From Stenotrophomonas sp. (GTDB taxonomy: Bacteria; Pseudomonadota; Gammaproteobacteria; Xanthomonadales; Xanthomonadaceae), in contig NZ_DAMBEF010000016.1 of the NCBI RefSeq assembly GCF_032061965.1, positions 1,003 to 65,002 of the forward strand: a DNA stretch of 64,000 bases, read 5' to 3'. Every line of letters begins with the position of its first letter. Position 1 is the first letter of the stretch. The notes beneath the pieces were generated by a model. The model was not told where the DNA came from. It worked only from the letters and a program-made list of their open reading frames with translations, and did no database searches. Positions 55,452 through 64,000 of the stretch are shown here, piece after piece. A program made the translations under genes and the position numbers.

Positions 55452-57137
55452 ATGAAGATGGTGGAAGCGGCGGGGAACGCACTGGCGACACGTAGGTCGG
55501 GGGGCGCAGCAGCGATGGGCTGGCTGATCGTCTTGCTGCTGCTGTGGCCCGTGTTTGCATCCGCTGCGTCGCCACGGTTGAACCGGGATTTCCTGTTGGT
55601 GGGCGCCGCTACCGATCAGCAGGCGCCGGTGCGTCAATGCACGCCGGACATCGCCCGGCACCTGCAGGAGGAAGTCCACATCCCTGCACCCGCGGGTGGC
55701 TGGTCCGGTGCCCCGCAGGCGGTGGATGTCTTCAACGTTTTTGCCGGCGAAGTGATGATCACCCACGGCGACCGCATGGTGTGCGGGCACATGCAGGATG
55801 CGCGCACGCGCGACTCCCGCTTCCGTGCCGGTATCGGCATGGTGGTGGTACCCAAACAGGGCGATATGGACCCGATCAGGGTGGCTTGGGAAGCGCCGTT
55901 GAAGGCGAAGTGGATTCCCACCGTGCGCCTGGGCGCACCCAGCCCGGTGCAGCAGATCGACACCGCGCGGCTGCTGGTCCGCACCGCCTGCATTGCCATT
56001 GCGCTGGCGCTGGCGCTGTCCGCACTGATGGGCTTCATCACTACCCGTGGCCGCGATTTTCTGATCTACACCCTGGTGTGTGCGCTGCTGGTGGTATGGC
56101 AGGCAGTGCTGAGTGGGCTCAGTGGCTACCCCGAACCCTGGCTGCCGGTGGGGCGGGCAGCGCCGGTATGGATGGTGGCGATCTCGGCGCTGAGCTACGC
56201 GGTGATGAGCTGGGTGCTGTGGCGCATGTGCGGCGGTCGCCGTGTGTGGCGTCAGTCGCGGCGATGGATGGTGTGGGTGGCAGTGGGGTTTGCGGTGATT
56301 GCGGCGATGACTCCGCTGATGCCACGGCCGTTGCTGTCGGCGGCGTCTGTGGGGCTGGATGTGGCATTCGCACTGCTGTGCGCGGCGGCGATGGCGATTG
56401 GCTTGCTGTCGATGCGGCGCGGCAACTACCAGGCGGTGGATGGGGTAGTGGCGCTGGTGCCATTGCTGTTGATGCCGCTTGCCGACCTGCTGGACAGCCG
56501 CTTGTTGCTGGAGTTCAGGGTCGAGGCCGTGCAGCTGTCGGTAACCTGGTTCCTGATGATGTCCGCGTACTCGTTGAACCGCAGCCTGGGCCATCTGCGC
56601 CAGCAGCGTGACGAAATGCGGCAGTTGGCCGATACCGATACCCTGACCGGCCTGCCCAACCGCCGTGCCGGGCTGCGCCAGCTGGAGCAGTACATCGTCC
56701 AGGCGCGGGCAGCGCAGCAGCCCTTGTCGATTGGCTTCCTCGATATCGACCTTTTCAAGCAGATCAATGACCGCTATGGCCATGATGTCGGCGATGACGT
56801 GCTGGTGTCGGTCGCAGCGACCCTGCATGCCGGTGTGCGCAGCCGCAGCGACGTGATCCGCATGGGTGGGGAGGAGTTCCTGATCCTGCTGCCCGGCAAC
56901 AGTGCCGCAGCCGCACTGCCACGGCTGGAGCAGTTGCGCGAGAAGGTGAGCGTGCAGGCCGCAGCACTGCGCCACGAGGGCTTGGTGGTTACCGCCAGCA
57001 TCGGCCTGGCCGAACTGCAGGACCATGACCTGGACGTGGCCTCGCTGTTGCGACGGGCCGACAATGCGATGTACGAGGCCAAGCGGGGCGGCCGCAACCA
57101 GGTGGTGGGCGCGGACCACAAGCGCGAAGCGGCCTGA
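55452..57137 (+). CDS. 7TM-receptor-type diguanylate cyclase (7TMR-DISM-like N-terminus + GGDEF)
   Basis: Signal peptide, periplasmic domain, about 7 TM segments, then a GGDEF domain with RMGGEEFLILLP. Confidence 0.85.
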   Translation: MKMVEAAGNALATRRSGGAAAMGWLIVLLLLWPVFASAASPRLNRDFLLVGAATDQQAPVRQCTPDIARHLQEEVHIPAPAGGWSGAPQAVDVFNVFAGEVMITHGDRMVCGHMQDARTRDSRFRAGIGMVVVPKQGDMDPIRVAWEAPLKAKWIPTVRLGAPSPVQQIDTARLLVRTACIAIALALALSALMGFITTRGRDFLIYTLVCALLVVWQAVLSGLSGYPEPWLPVGRAAPVWMVAISALSYAVMSWVLWRMCGGRRVWRQSRRWMVWVAVGFAVIAAMTPLMPRPLLSAASVGLDVAFALLCAAAMAIGLLSMRRGNYQAVDGVVALVPLLLMPLADLLDSRLLLEFRVEAVQLSVTWFLMMSAYSLNRSLGHLRQQRDEMRQLADTDTLTGLPNRRAGLRQLEQYIVQARAAQQPLSIGFLDIDLFKQINDRYGHDVGDDVLVSVAATLHAGVRSRSDVIRMGGEEFLILLPGNSAAAALPRLEQLREKVSVQAAALRHEGLVVTASIGLAELQDHDLDVASLLRRADNAMYEAKRGGRNQVVGADHKREAA

Positions 57138-57185
57138 ACGCAGGCCGCGCTGTCACCGGGCAGGGCGATGGCGGATAATTCGCCG

Positions 57186-57908
57186 ATGACAATCCGAATC
57201 AACAAGCACATTGCCGAAACCGGCTTCTGTTCACGCCGAGAGGCTGACCGCCTGCTCGCCGCCCGCCGCGTCACCGTCAACGGCATCGTTGCCGGCACGG
57301 GCGCCGTAGTGGGGGAGGGCGACGAGGTCAAGGTTGACGGCCAGCCGCTGCGCGCCCGCGCAGTGCAGAAGAGCACCGGCCGCCGCCATGTCTATATCGC
57401 GCTGAACAAGCCGGTGGGCATCACCTGCACCACCGAGAGCGCGGTCAAGGACAACATCGTCGAGTTCGTCGGCCATGAACAGCGCATCTTCCCGATTGGT
57501 CGCTTGGACAAGGATTCGGAAGGCCTGATCCTGATGACCAGCAACGGCGACATCGTCAACCAGATCCTGCGTGCCGAGAACGGTCACCAGAAGGAATATC
57601 TGGTCGCCGTCAACAAGCCGGTCACCGATGAATTCCTGCGTGGCATGGCGCGTGGGGTGCGCATCCACAACGAGATGACGCTGCCTTGCCGCACCAGCCG
57701 CATTGCCAAATACGGCTTCCGCATCATCCTGGAGCAGGGCCTGAATCGGCAGATTCGTCTGATGGCATCCGAGTTCGGCTACCGCGTCACCCAGCTGCGC
57801 CGCGTGCGCATCGACAACATCAAGATCGGTGCGCTCAAGCCCGGTCAATGGCGCAACCTGACCGAGCAGGAACTGCGCGGCCTGCTGCCGCAACAGCAGC
57901 AGTGGTGA
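57186..57908 (+). CDS. rluF: 23S rRNA pseudouridine synthase RluF-type
   Basis: ORF trimmed to MTIRINKHIAETGFCSRREAD (S4 domain). Catalytic GRLDKDSEGL and LNRQIRLM. Confidence 0.9.
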   Translation: MTIRINKHIAETGFCSRREADRLLAARRVTVNGIVAGTGAVVGEGDEVKVDGQPLRARAVQKSTGRRHVYIALNKPVGITCTTESAVKDNIVEFVGHEQRIFPIGRLDKDSEGLILMTSNGDIVNQILRAENGHQKEYLVAVNKPVTDEFLRGMARGVRIHNEMTLPCRTSRIAKYGFRIILEQGLNRQIRLMASEFGYRVTQLRRVRIDNIKIGALKPGQWRNLTEQELRGLLPQQQQW

Positions 57909-57998
57909 AGTGTGACCGCCTCACCGCACCTTGCGTGCGGTGCGGCTAGACTCTTCTGCGCCATCAAGGCTTTCCATCCCGCCTGAGCCAGACCCGCG

Positions 57999-59063
57999 AT
58001 GATCAAACCACCGGTTCCTGCCCACGAAGCCGAACGCCTTGCAGCGCTGCAGCGCTATCGCATCCTCGATACCGCGCGCGAGCAGGAATTCGATGATCTG
58101 GTGACAATCGCCCGCACCATCTGCAACACGCCGATGGGCGCGGTGACCCTGATCGACCGAGACCGGCAGTGGTTCAAGACCCTGCAGGGGCTGGAGGGCG
58201 AGCAGACCCCGCGTGATGACGCCTTCTGCGCACATACCATCCTCCGGCCGCAGGAGTTGACCGTGGTGCAGGATGCGCGCGAGGACGTACGCTTCAGCGG
58301 TAATCCCTCGGTGCTGGGCGATCCGTATATCCGTTTCTATGCTGGCGCGCCCTTGCTCAGCAGCGATGGTTACGCGCTGGGCTCGCTGTGCGTGTTTGAT
58401 TCGGTGCCCGCGCAACTGGGTGCCCGCCAGGCCGATGCGCTGCGCGCGCTGTCCCGCCAGGTCAGCCGGATGATGGAAATGCGCCTGCTGCGCATGCAGA
58501 TCGATCATCACCAGGAAGAGCAGGACTGGTACGAGGCGCGGCTTGCCGAGTACTACCAGGCGCTGGAACAGGCCAACCTTGAACTTTCCGAGCAGACCCG
58601 CACTGATCCGCTCACCGGGCTGCCCAACCGGCGTGCCCTGGCGGCGGCCTTGTCCGAGGTGATTGACCGCGCTGGCGCGGTGCCACCGGCGGTGGCCATC
58701 GTCGACATCGATCATTTCAAGATGGTCAATGACATCCACGGCCACAGCGAGGGCGACGTGGTGCTGACCGAGCTGGCTGCGGTGCTCAAGTCCCAGTTCG
58801 CCGGGCGCGGCATGGCGGCCCGTTATGGCGGTGAGGAGTTCGTGATCCTGATGCCGGAGACACCGTTGCAGCAGGCCGAGCTGCAGTGCGAATACCTGCG
58901 CGAATCGGTCAGCCTGTTGCCGATAGGCCTGCCGATCTCGGTCAGCATCGGCCTGGCCGTGCACCGTGCCGGTGAAAGTTCGGCCGATACTCTGCGTCGC
59001 GCCGACGCAGCGCTGTACCAGGCCAAGGCCGAAGGACGCGATCGGGTCATCGTGGCCGGCTGA
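57999..59063 (+). CDS. GAF domain diguanylate cyclase
   Basis: N-terminal GAF (RFYAGAPLLSSDGYALGSLCVFD), coiled-coil linker, GGDEF with RYGGEEFVILMP. Confidence 0.85.
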   Translation: MIKPPVPAHEAERLAALQRYRILDTAREQEFDDLVTIARTICNTPMGAVTLIDRDRQWFKTLQGLEGEQTPRDDAFCAHTILRPQELTVVQDAREDVRFSGNPSVLGDPYIRFYAGAPLLSSDGYALGSLCVFDSVPAQLGARQADALRALSRQVSRMMEMRLLRMQIDHHQEEQDWYEARLAEYYQALEQANLELSEQTRTDPLTGLPNRRALAAALSEVIDRAGAVPPAVAIVDIDHFKMVNDIHGHSEGDVVLTELAAVLKSQFAGRGMAARYGGEEFVILMPETPLQQAELQCEYLRESVSLLPIGLPISVSIGLAVHRAGESSADTLRRADAALYQAKAEGRDRVIVAG

Positions 59064-59136
59064 GGGTGGTACATCTCGGCTGCTGCGACCGTCTGCTGCC
59101 AGACTGCCCCTGACCTACGACCGAGAGAAGGCGCCG

Positions 59137-60297
59137 ATGCTGCAGACACTGGCCGTGGCCAACTACCGCTCACTGCACGAACTGGCCGTGCCTTTGGCCG
59201 GCTTGAACCTGGTTACCGGTGACAACGGCAGTGGCAAATCAAACCTTTATCGGGCCCTGCGGTTGCTGGCCGAAACCGCGCGCGGCGGGGTAGCCAGTGC
59301 GTTGGCCGGCGAGGGCGGATTGGAGTCGGCCTTGTGGGCCGGGCCGGAGCGGATCAGCCGCGCCATGCGCCTGGGCGAGGTGCCAATAGAGGGCACCGCC
59401 CGCAGTACGCCGGTATCGCTGCGGCTGGGTTTCGCCGCCGAGGACTTCGGCTATGCGATCGACCTTGGCCTGCCGATCCCCGGCGACTCGATGTTCGACC
59501 GCGACCCGCAGATCAAGAATGAAAGCATCTGGGCAGGGCCTTTCCTGCGCAGCAGCAACCTGCTGCTGGAGCGGCGCGGCAGCGTCGTGCGGCGTCGTGC
59601 CGGCCGCGGCTGGGAGGTGGTGGACGAGCATCTTTCATCATTCGACAGCCTTTTCAGCCAACTTGCCGATCCGCAACGGATGCCGGAGGTGTTGGCACTG
59701 CGCGAGTACATCCGTGGTTGGCGCTTCCATGATCACTTCCGCTCCGATGGTGCAGCGCCGGCACGGCAACCGTGCATGGCGATCCGCACGCCGGTATTGG
59801 CCAACGACGGGCATGACCTGGCCGCTGCATGGCAGACCATTGTCGAGATCGGCGACAGACAGGGCCTGCAGCGATCATTGGAGGATGCGTTCGAGGGCGC
59901 GCAGGTGCGGATCGAGGGCTGGGAGGGGCGGCTGGCGCTGAAGTTCCAGCAGCCGGGCCTGCTGCGGCCACTGGCTGCCAGCGAGCTGTCCGACGGCACC
60001 TTGCGTTATCTGCTGCTGATCGCCGCGCTGCACACGCCGCGGCCGCCGCCCTTGCTGGTGCTCAACGAGCCTGAAACCAGCCTGCATCCGGACCTGCTGC
60101 CGGCGTTGGCAAGGCTGATCATCGCCGCGTCGGCCCGCAGCCAGGTGTGGGTGGTTTCGCATGCCACGCGGCTGATCGCAGCCTTGCAGGAAGATCCCGC
60201 CTGCAATGCGATCCGCCTGCACAAGGAACTCAGCCAGACCCGGGTGTGGGGCGTGGGCAATCTGGAAGGGCCAGCGTGGTACTGGCCGCAGCGCTGA
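59137..60297 (+). CDS. ABC/SMC-type AAA ATPase (RecF-like fold), orphan
   Basis: ORF 58966..60297 trimmed to ATG 59137. Walker A GDNGSGKS, signature-like LSDGTLRYL, Walker B LLVLNEPETSLHP, H-loop VVSHA. Confidence 0.75.
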   Translation: MLQTLAVANYRSLHELAVPLAGLNLVTGDNGSGKSNLYRALRLLAETARGGVASALAGEGGLESALWAGPERISRAMRLGEVPIEGTARSTPVSLRLGFAAEDFGYAIDLGLPIPGDSMFDRDPQIKNESIWAGPFLRSSNLLLERRGSVVRRRAGRGWEVVDEHLSSFDSLFSQLADPQRMPEVLALREYIRGWRFHDHFRSDGAAPARQPCMAIRTPVLANDGHDLAAAWQTIVEIGDRQGLQRSLEDAFEGAQVRIEGWEGRLALKFQQPGLLRPLAASELSDGTLRYLLLIAALHTPRPPPLLVLNEPETSLHPDLLPALARLIIAASARSQVWVVSHATRLIAALQEDPACNAIRLHKELSQTRVWGVGNLEGPAWYWPQR

Positions 60298-61212
60298 TCA
60301 GGCCGCTGGTGCAGCCTGCGGTCGCCAACGATTGAGCAACGGGTGCAGGAACACGCCGCCGAGGATGATGGCCACGCCTAGGTAGAACTGCAGGGTCAGC
60401 TCGTGCTGCTCGCCGAGGAACAGCATCGCCAGCAGGATTGCGTAGACCGGCTCAAGGTTGGTGACCAGCTGTACCGTGTAAGCACTCAGGTGCTTGAGCG
60501 CGACCAGCGCTAGTGCAAACGGCAGCAGCGTACACAACCCTGACAGGGCCAGCAGCAGCATCCCGTCATGCAGGTTGGGCAGCACCCACAGGTCGCTGGC
60601 CAGGGCCGGCAGCAGCAGCGGCAAGGCCGGCGCCAGCAGGGTCAGGGTCAAGGTGCCAGCGCCCAGCTCCAAGGCGGTGACTGTGAGTGGGTCGGCATGG
60701 CCGACCATGCGCTTGTTGAAGGAGCCGAAGATGGCCACCAGCAAGGCCGACACGGCGCCGACCGCCACGCCCAGGCGCATGCCATCGGGCACGCCGCCGA
60801 CTACCAAGGCGACGCCGGGCAATACAACCACACCCAGCGCCAGCTCACGCATCTGGAATGGGCGTCGCGCGATCCACGGCTCGATGATGGACGTGAACAC
60901 CGGTGCCAGAGCGATACAGGTGGCCGCCACCGAGGCATTGGCCAGCTTCACCGCGCCATAGAAGGTCAGCCAATGCAGCGCAACCAGCGCGCCGATACCG
61001 GCATAGCCCAGCGCCAGGCGCAGGTTGAGGCTCGACAGGCCGCGCCAGACCCGTGGCACCACCGCCAGCATCGCTACCACCAGCAGCATGCGCCACCACA
61101 CCAGCGGCAGCGCGGGCAGGGTGATCAGCTTGCCGAGAATGGCGGTGATGCCCCATAACAGAACGCAGAAGTGGATCTGCAACAGGGCTTTGCGGGTGTC
61201 GTTGGTAGGCAT
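60298..61212 (-). CDS. EamA/DMT family transporter
   Basis: ORF trimmed to ATG 61212 (MPTNDTRKALLQIHFCVLLWG). About 10 TM segments in two EamA halves. Confidence 0.85.
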   Translation of the reverse strand: MPTNDTRKALLQIHFCVLLWGITAILGKLITLPALPLVWWRMLLVVAMLAVVPRVWRGLSSLNLRLALGYAGIGALVALHWLTFYGAVKLANASVAATCIALAPVFTSIIEPWIARRPFQMRELALGVVVLPGVALVVGGVPDGMRLGVAVGAVSALLVAIFGSFNKRMVGHADPLTVTALELGAGTLTLTLLAPALPLLLPALASDLWVLPNLHDGMLLLALSGLCTLLPFALALVALKHLSAYTVQLVTNLEPVYAILLAMLFLGEQHELTLQFYLGVAIILGGVFLHPLLNRWRPQAAPAA

Positions 61213-61258
61213 CAGGCTATTGTCGCCGATGCCGATGACAAAGGCTGCGCCGTAGGCA

Positions 61259-62086
61259 TCAGTTTTTGTCGACCAGGGCCTGCAGTGCCTGCGCCGCCGC
61301 TGGGTTGCGGTGCTTGGCGGCGCTGATGAAGTACAGGAAGACCTCGCGGGGTTTGGCCGCTGCCAGCGGCGCTGCCAGATGCGGCAGCTCGGCCACGTCC
61401 TCGCCCTTGCGCCAGTGCTGGACACGCGTGGCCCACTGCGTAAGTTCGTTGGCCGGATAGCCGGTGGCATGTTCATCGCGGCTGCCCATCAAGCGCGCGT
61501 AGACGAAGTCGCCGGACAGATCGGCGGCGCTGGGGTAGCTGGTGGAGTCGGTATAGACCAGCGCGACGCCATGCTGGCGGATCAGCGCAACCAGTTCGGC
61601 ATCAAAGCAGTTGGGGTCGCGAACTTCCAGCGCATGCCGCTGGCGGCCGCCGTTGACCCGCTGCGGCAGCAATTGCAGGAATGCCGCGAGGTCGTCGCGG
61701 TCCAGTGTTCGCCCAGCTTCGAATTGCCAGACCAGCGGCCCCAAGCGGTCACCGAGATGGCTTATGCCGTCGATGAAGTCCTCGATCTGCCCGCCGGTTC
61801 CGGCCAGATTGCGCGCGGTGACGATGCGCTTTGGCGCCTTGGCCGAAAACACGAAACCTTCCGGCGTGGCATCGCGCCAGCCGGCGTAGATATGCGGCTT
61901 CTGCGCGCCGTAATAGGTGCCGTTGATCTCGATGCTGGTCAGCTGCTGGCTGGCGAATTCCAGTTCACGGCGTTGCACCAGCCCGGCCGGATAGAAGGTG
62001 CCGCCGCGCCACGGTACATAGGTCCAGCCGCCGATGCCGATGTGGACGCCGGGTACGTGCGCGGTGCTGGCAAAAAGATCGTTCAA
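61259..62086 (-). CDS. DUF72 family protein
   Basis: GIGGWTYVPWRGGTFYP...LTSIEINGTYY...FVFSAKAP is the DUF72 pattern. The ATG at 62227 lies inside SMAG repeats. I place the start tentatively at TTG 62086, but it is uncertain. Confidence 0.7.
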   Translation of the reverse strand: MNDLFASTAHVPGVHIGIGGWTYVPWRGGTFYPAGLVQRRELEFASQQLTSIEINGTYYGAQKPHIYAGWRDATPEGFVFSAKAPKRIVTARNLAGTGGQIEDFIDGISHLGDRLGPLVWQFEAGRTLDRDDLAAFLQLLPQRVNGGRQRHALEVRDPNCFDAELVALIRQHGVALVYTDSTSYPSAADLSGDFVYARLMGSRDEHATGYPANELTQWATRVQHWRKGEDVAELPHLAAPLAAAKPREVFLYFISAAKHRNPAAAQALQALVDKN

Positions 62087-62146
62087 GGCAGGGCCGTGTT
62101 GTTGTGGGGGCGGCCTGCGCCGCGTAGCAGACAATGTAACTGCACA

Positions 62147-62424
62147 AGGTGGTGCCGAGCCAAGCTCGGCAGACGCTTTATCGACGATCCAGATGCTGCA
62201 TGTAACGCTTCTGTAGTGCCGAGTCATGCTCGGCAGAGGCTTTACCAGTGATCCAAACGCTACGTGGAACGCCTCTGTAGTGCCGAGCCATGCTCGGCAG
62301 AAGCTTTACCAGTGATCCAAACGCTACGTGGAACGCCTCTGCCGAGCATGGCTCGGCACTACATTCAAAGCCAGCGGCCGGTAGGGCTAGGTGTAAGGCC
62401 TCTGCCGCGCATGGCTCGGCGCTA
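62147..62424. repeat. five SMAG-type (GTAG-ended) palindromic units at ~61-65 bp phase, three forward then two inverted
   Basis: GTGGTGCCGAGCCAAGCTCGGCAG at 62147; GTAGTGCCGAGTCATGCTCGGCAG at 62212; GTAGTGCCGAGCCATGCTCGGCAG at 62277; CTGCCGAGCATGGCTCGGCACTAC at 62338; CTGCCGCGCATGGCTCGGCGCTAC at 62401. Confidence 0.9.
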
Positions 62425-62850
62425 CAGGTTCGGGGCCCAGGGGTCGTAGCTGCCGAACCACCATAGATGGCCCTCCGGGTCACGGCAGGCGTAGCCACGT
62501 CCGCCATAGGCCTGGTCGGCGATGTCGATGACGATCTCGGCGCCGGCCGCCTTGGCCTGGACATAGTGGACGTCGGCGTCGCTGACGATGACACAGGCAC
62601 TTTGCGTCTCCATGCCGCCCACTTCGTCGGGCTGGATCATGTTGCTGCCCCATTCGCCGGGCTGCACCGAGCCCAGCATCACCATACCGTTGCCGAATAC
62701 CAGCTGCGCGTGGTGAACCACGTCGCCGTCCTGGTAGACGGCATGGCGCTGGAAGCCGAAGGCCTTGCATAGCCAGTCGATCGCGGCAGGCGCGTCGCGG
62801 TAACGCAGGCAGGGAACGATGGTGGCGGTGGTGCGCGCGGCGAGGTCCAT
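62422..62850 (-). CDS. VOC (glyoxalase/bleomycin-resistance) family protein
   Basis: Only the C-terminal 142 codons of ORF 62422..63966 are protein-like, starting at ATG 62850 (MDLAARTTATIVPCLRYRDAPAAIDWL...). Confidence 0.8.
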   Translation of the reverse strand: MDLAARTTATIVPCLRYRDAPAAIDWLCKAFGFQRHAVYQDGDVVHHAQLVFGNGMVMLGSVQPGEWGSNMIQPDEVGGMETQSACVIVSDADVHYVQAKAAGAEIVIDIADQAYGGRGYACRDPEGHLWWFGSYDPWAPNL

Positions 62851-62952
62851 GGTCGGCTCCGGGCAGCAATGGAAAAGCGAGGGTGGGCGCGCTCGCGTTA
62901 CCATCGCGAGAAGGCTGGCCCGGCGCCAGTATGGATCGATAGGGAGCACACT

Positions 62953-64000
62953 TTGAATAGTTGGTTGGGCGGCGGGCTGGTGCTCGCGATGGGGGTGGCC
63001 GCACCGATGGCCGTTGCACAGGACGCGGTGCCGGCGGAGCTGCAGCAATTGGATGCCACGGTTGAACGCGTGCGTGAACAGTTCGATGTACCGGGCGTGG
63101 CGGTGGCCGTGGTCAAGGATGGCAAGGTCATCCTGGAGCGTGGCTGGGGCCTGCGTGAGCTGGGCAAGCCCGAGCCGGTGCAGGCCGATACCTTGTTCGC
63201 CATCGCCTCCAATACCAAGGCGTTCACCGCAACCTCGCTGAACCTGCTGGCCGAGGAAGGCAAGCTGAAGATGGATGATCGCGTGGTCGATCACCTGCCG
63301 TCGTTCCGCATGTCCGATCCTTATGTGACCGGCGAGATGCGCATCCGCGACCTGCTCTCGCACCGCAGCGGCCTGAGCCTGGGCGCAGGCGACCTGCTGT
63401 TCTGGCCGACTACCCGTTACAGCAACGCCGAAGTCGTCGCGCGTCTGGCGCAGGTGCCGCTGAAGAACGGCTTCCGTGACCGCTACGCCTACGACAATAT
63501 CCTGTATGCGGTTGCCCAGCAGGTGATCGAGAAGGTGTCCGGGCTGTCCTATGCCGATTTCCTGCAGCAGCGCATCTTCGACAAGGTGGGCATGGCTCAG
63601 ACCCGCTACAACGCCGATCACCTCAAGCCGGGCGACAACGCGGCCGTTGGTCACGCCAAGTTCGATTTCAAGGATCTGCGCCCGGTGCCACCGCTGACCT
63701 GGTCGAACAATGCAGGTGCTGGCGGTATCTATTCCAGCGTGCATGACCTGGCCAAGTGGATGAACGTGCAGCTGGCCGAGGGCAAGCTTGCTGATGGCAC
63801 ACCGCTGTTCAGCGAAAAGACCCAGCAGCAGATGTGGCAGATGCAGATCCCGCAGGTGGTGCCAAAACCGTCGGTGCCTGAACTGGCTGCGGCACGCCCG
63901 AACTTCGCCGGCTACGGTGAGGGCTGGAGCCTGAGCGATTACCGCGGGCAGAAGCTGGTATGGCATACCGGCGGTTGGCCGGGCCAGGTGTCGCGACTGA
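62953..64000 (+). CDS. serine hydrolase, beta-lactamase fold (3' end outside window)
   Basis: Not in the ORF track. TTG 62953 lies 6 nt after AGGGAG. Signal peptide LNSWLGGGLVLAMGVAAPMAVAQ, SxxK motif ASNTKA, in-frame HTGG near 63967. The frame stays open to the window end. Confidence 0.8.
   Translation, partial: MNSWLGGGLVLAMGVAAPMAVAQDAVPAELQQLDATVERVREQFDVPGVAVAVVKDGKVILERGWGLRELGKPEPVQADTLFAIASNTKAFTATSLNLLAEEGKLKMDDRVVDHLPSFRMSDPYVTGEMRIRDLLSHRSGLSLGAGDLLFWPTTRYSNAEVVARLAQVPLKNGFRDRYAYDNILYAVAQQVIEKVSGLSYADFLQQRIFDKVGMAQTRYNADHLKPGDNAAVGHAKFDFKDLRPVPPLTWSNNAGAGGIYSSVHDLAKWMNVQLAEGKLADGTPLFSEKTQQQMWQMQIPQVVPKPSVPELAAARPNFAGYGEGWSLSDYRGQKLVWHTGGWPGQVSRL

Noticed and set aside
62422-63966. 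514-aa minus-strand ORF spanning the VOC gene and beyond.
   Set aside because: Only the last 142 codons (from ATG 62850) look like a protein. The upstream part is antisense to a well-supported plus-strand serine hydrolase (62953 onward) with an RBS, a signal peptide and an SxxK motif.
1-64000. I searched the intergenic regions by eye for tRNA/rRNA genes, riboswitch-like leaders, integrase, transposase or phage genes, att-like direct repeats flanking a GC-deviant block, toxin-antitoxin pairs and known defence gene sets.
   Set aside because: I found none. The lower-GC patches are short and repeat-associated (16.5-17.0 kb, 32.6-32.7 kb, 45.41-45.44 kb). All large ORFs fit core or common accessory families. 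A covariance-model scan (tRNAscan/Infernal) would be needed to exclude small RNAs formally.

Overview
This is a high-GC gammaproteobacterial chromosome segment that looks Xanthomonadaceae-like. The GTAG-ended palindromic repeats (SMAG-type) and the gene set (creBCD, mfd, gltX-zur, gpmA, aqpZ, deaD, a THX ribosomal peptide) suggest a Stenotrophomonas-like genome; I recognise this from memory and ran no search. I support about 55 protein genes. They are mostly housekeeping genes, AraC/TetR/MarR/XRE regulators, MFS/efflux transporters and secreted hydrolases (M13, M28, amidohydrolase, NPP, two beta-lactamase-fold serine hydrolases). There are also four c-di-GMP turnover enzymes and an Ada-AlkA/Ogt alkylation-repair pair. 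I saw no rRNA, tRNA, true CRISPR array, transposase, integrase or phage genes, so this does not look like a genomic island. I did not find a clear multi-gene novel system such as a defence, secretion or biosynthetic cluster. The genes leave two things unexplained. (1) The intergenic repeat architecture is unusually elaborate. It includes six perfect 35-bp palindromic units phased at 52 bp upstream of cls, hexanucleotide (GCTTTK)n tracts fused to REPs, a 149-bp composite tandem built from three REP families, and 65-bp phased SMAG units. (2) A Zur-box-like operator lies between a His/Asp-rich TonB-dependent receptor and a MerC-family membrane protein. This is my best candidate for an undescribed functional module (TBDR + MerC-type metal import). 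Secondary candidates are a GAF-GGDEF gene followed by an orphan ABC/SMC-type ATPase, a ClpP-like lipoprotein paired with a DUF4019 protein, and an orphan Roadblock/LC7 protein. Two genes are missing from the ORF track: a 59-aa THX gene (45984..46163) and a 3'-truncated serine hydrolase (62953..>64000). All family calls come from motif recognition by eye and none has been checked against a database.
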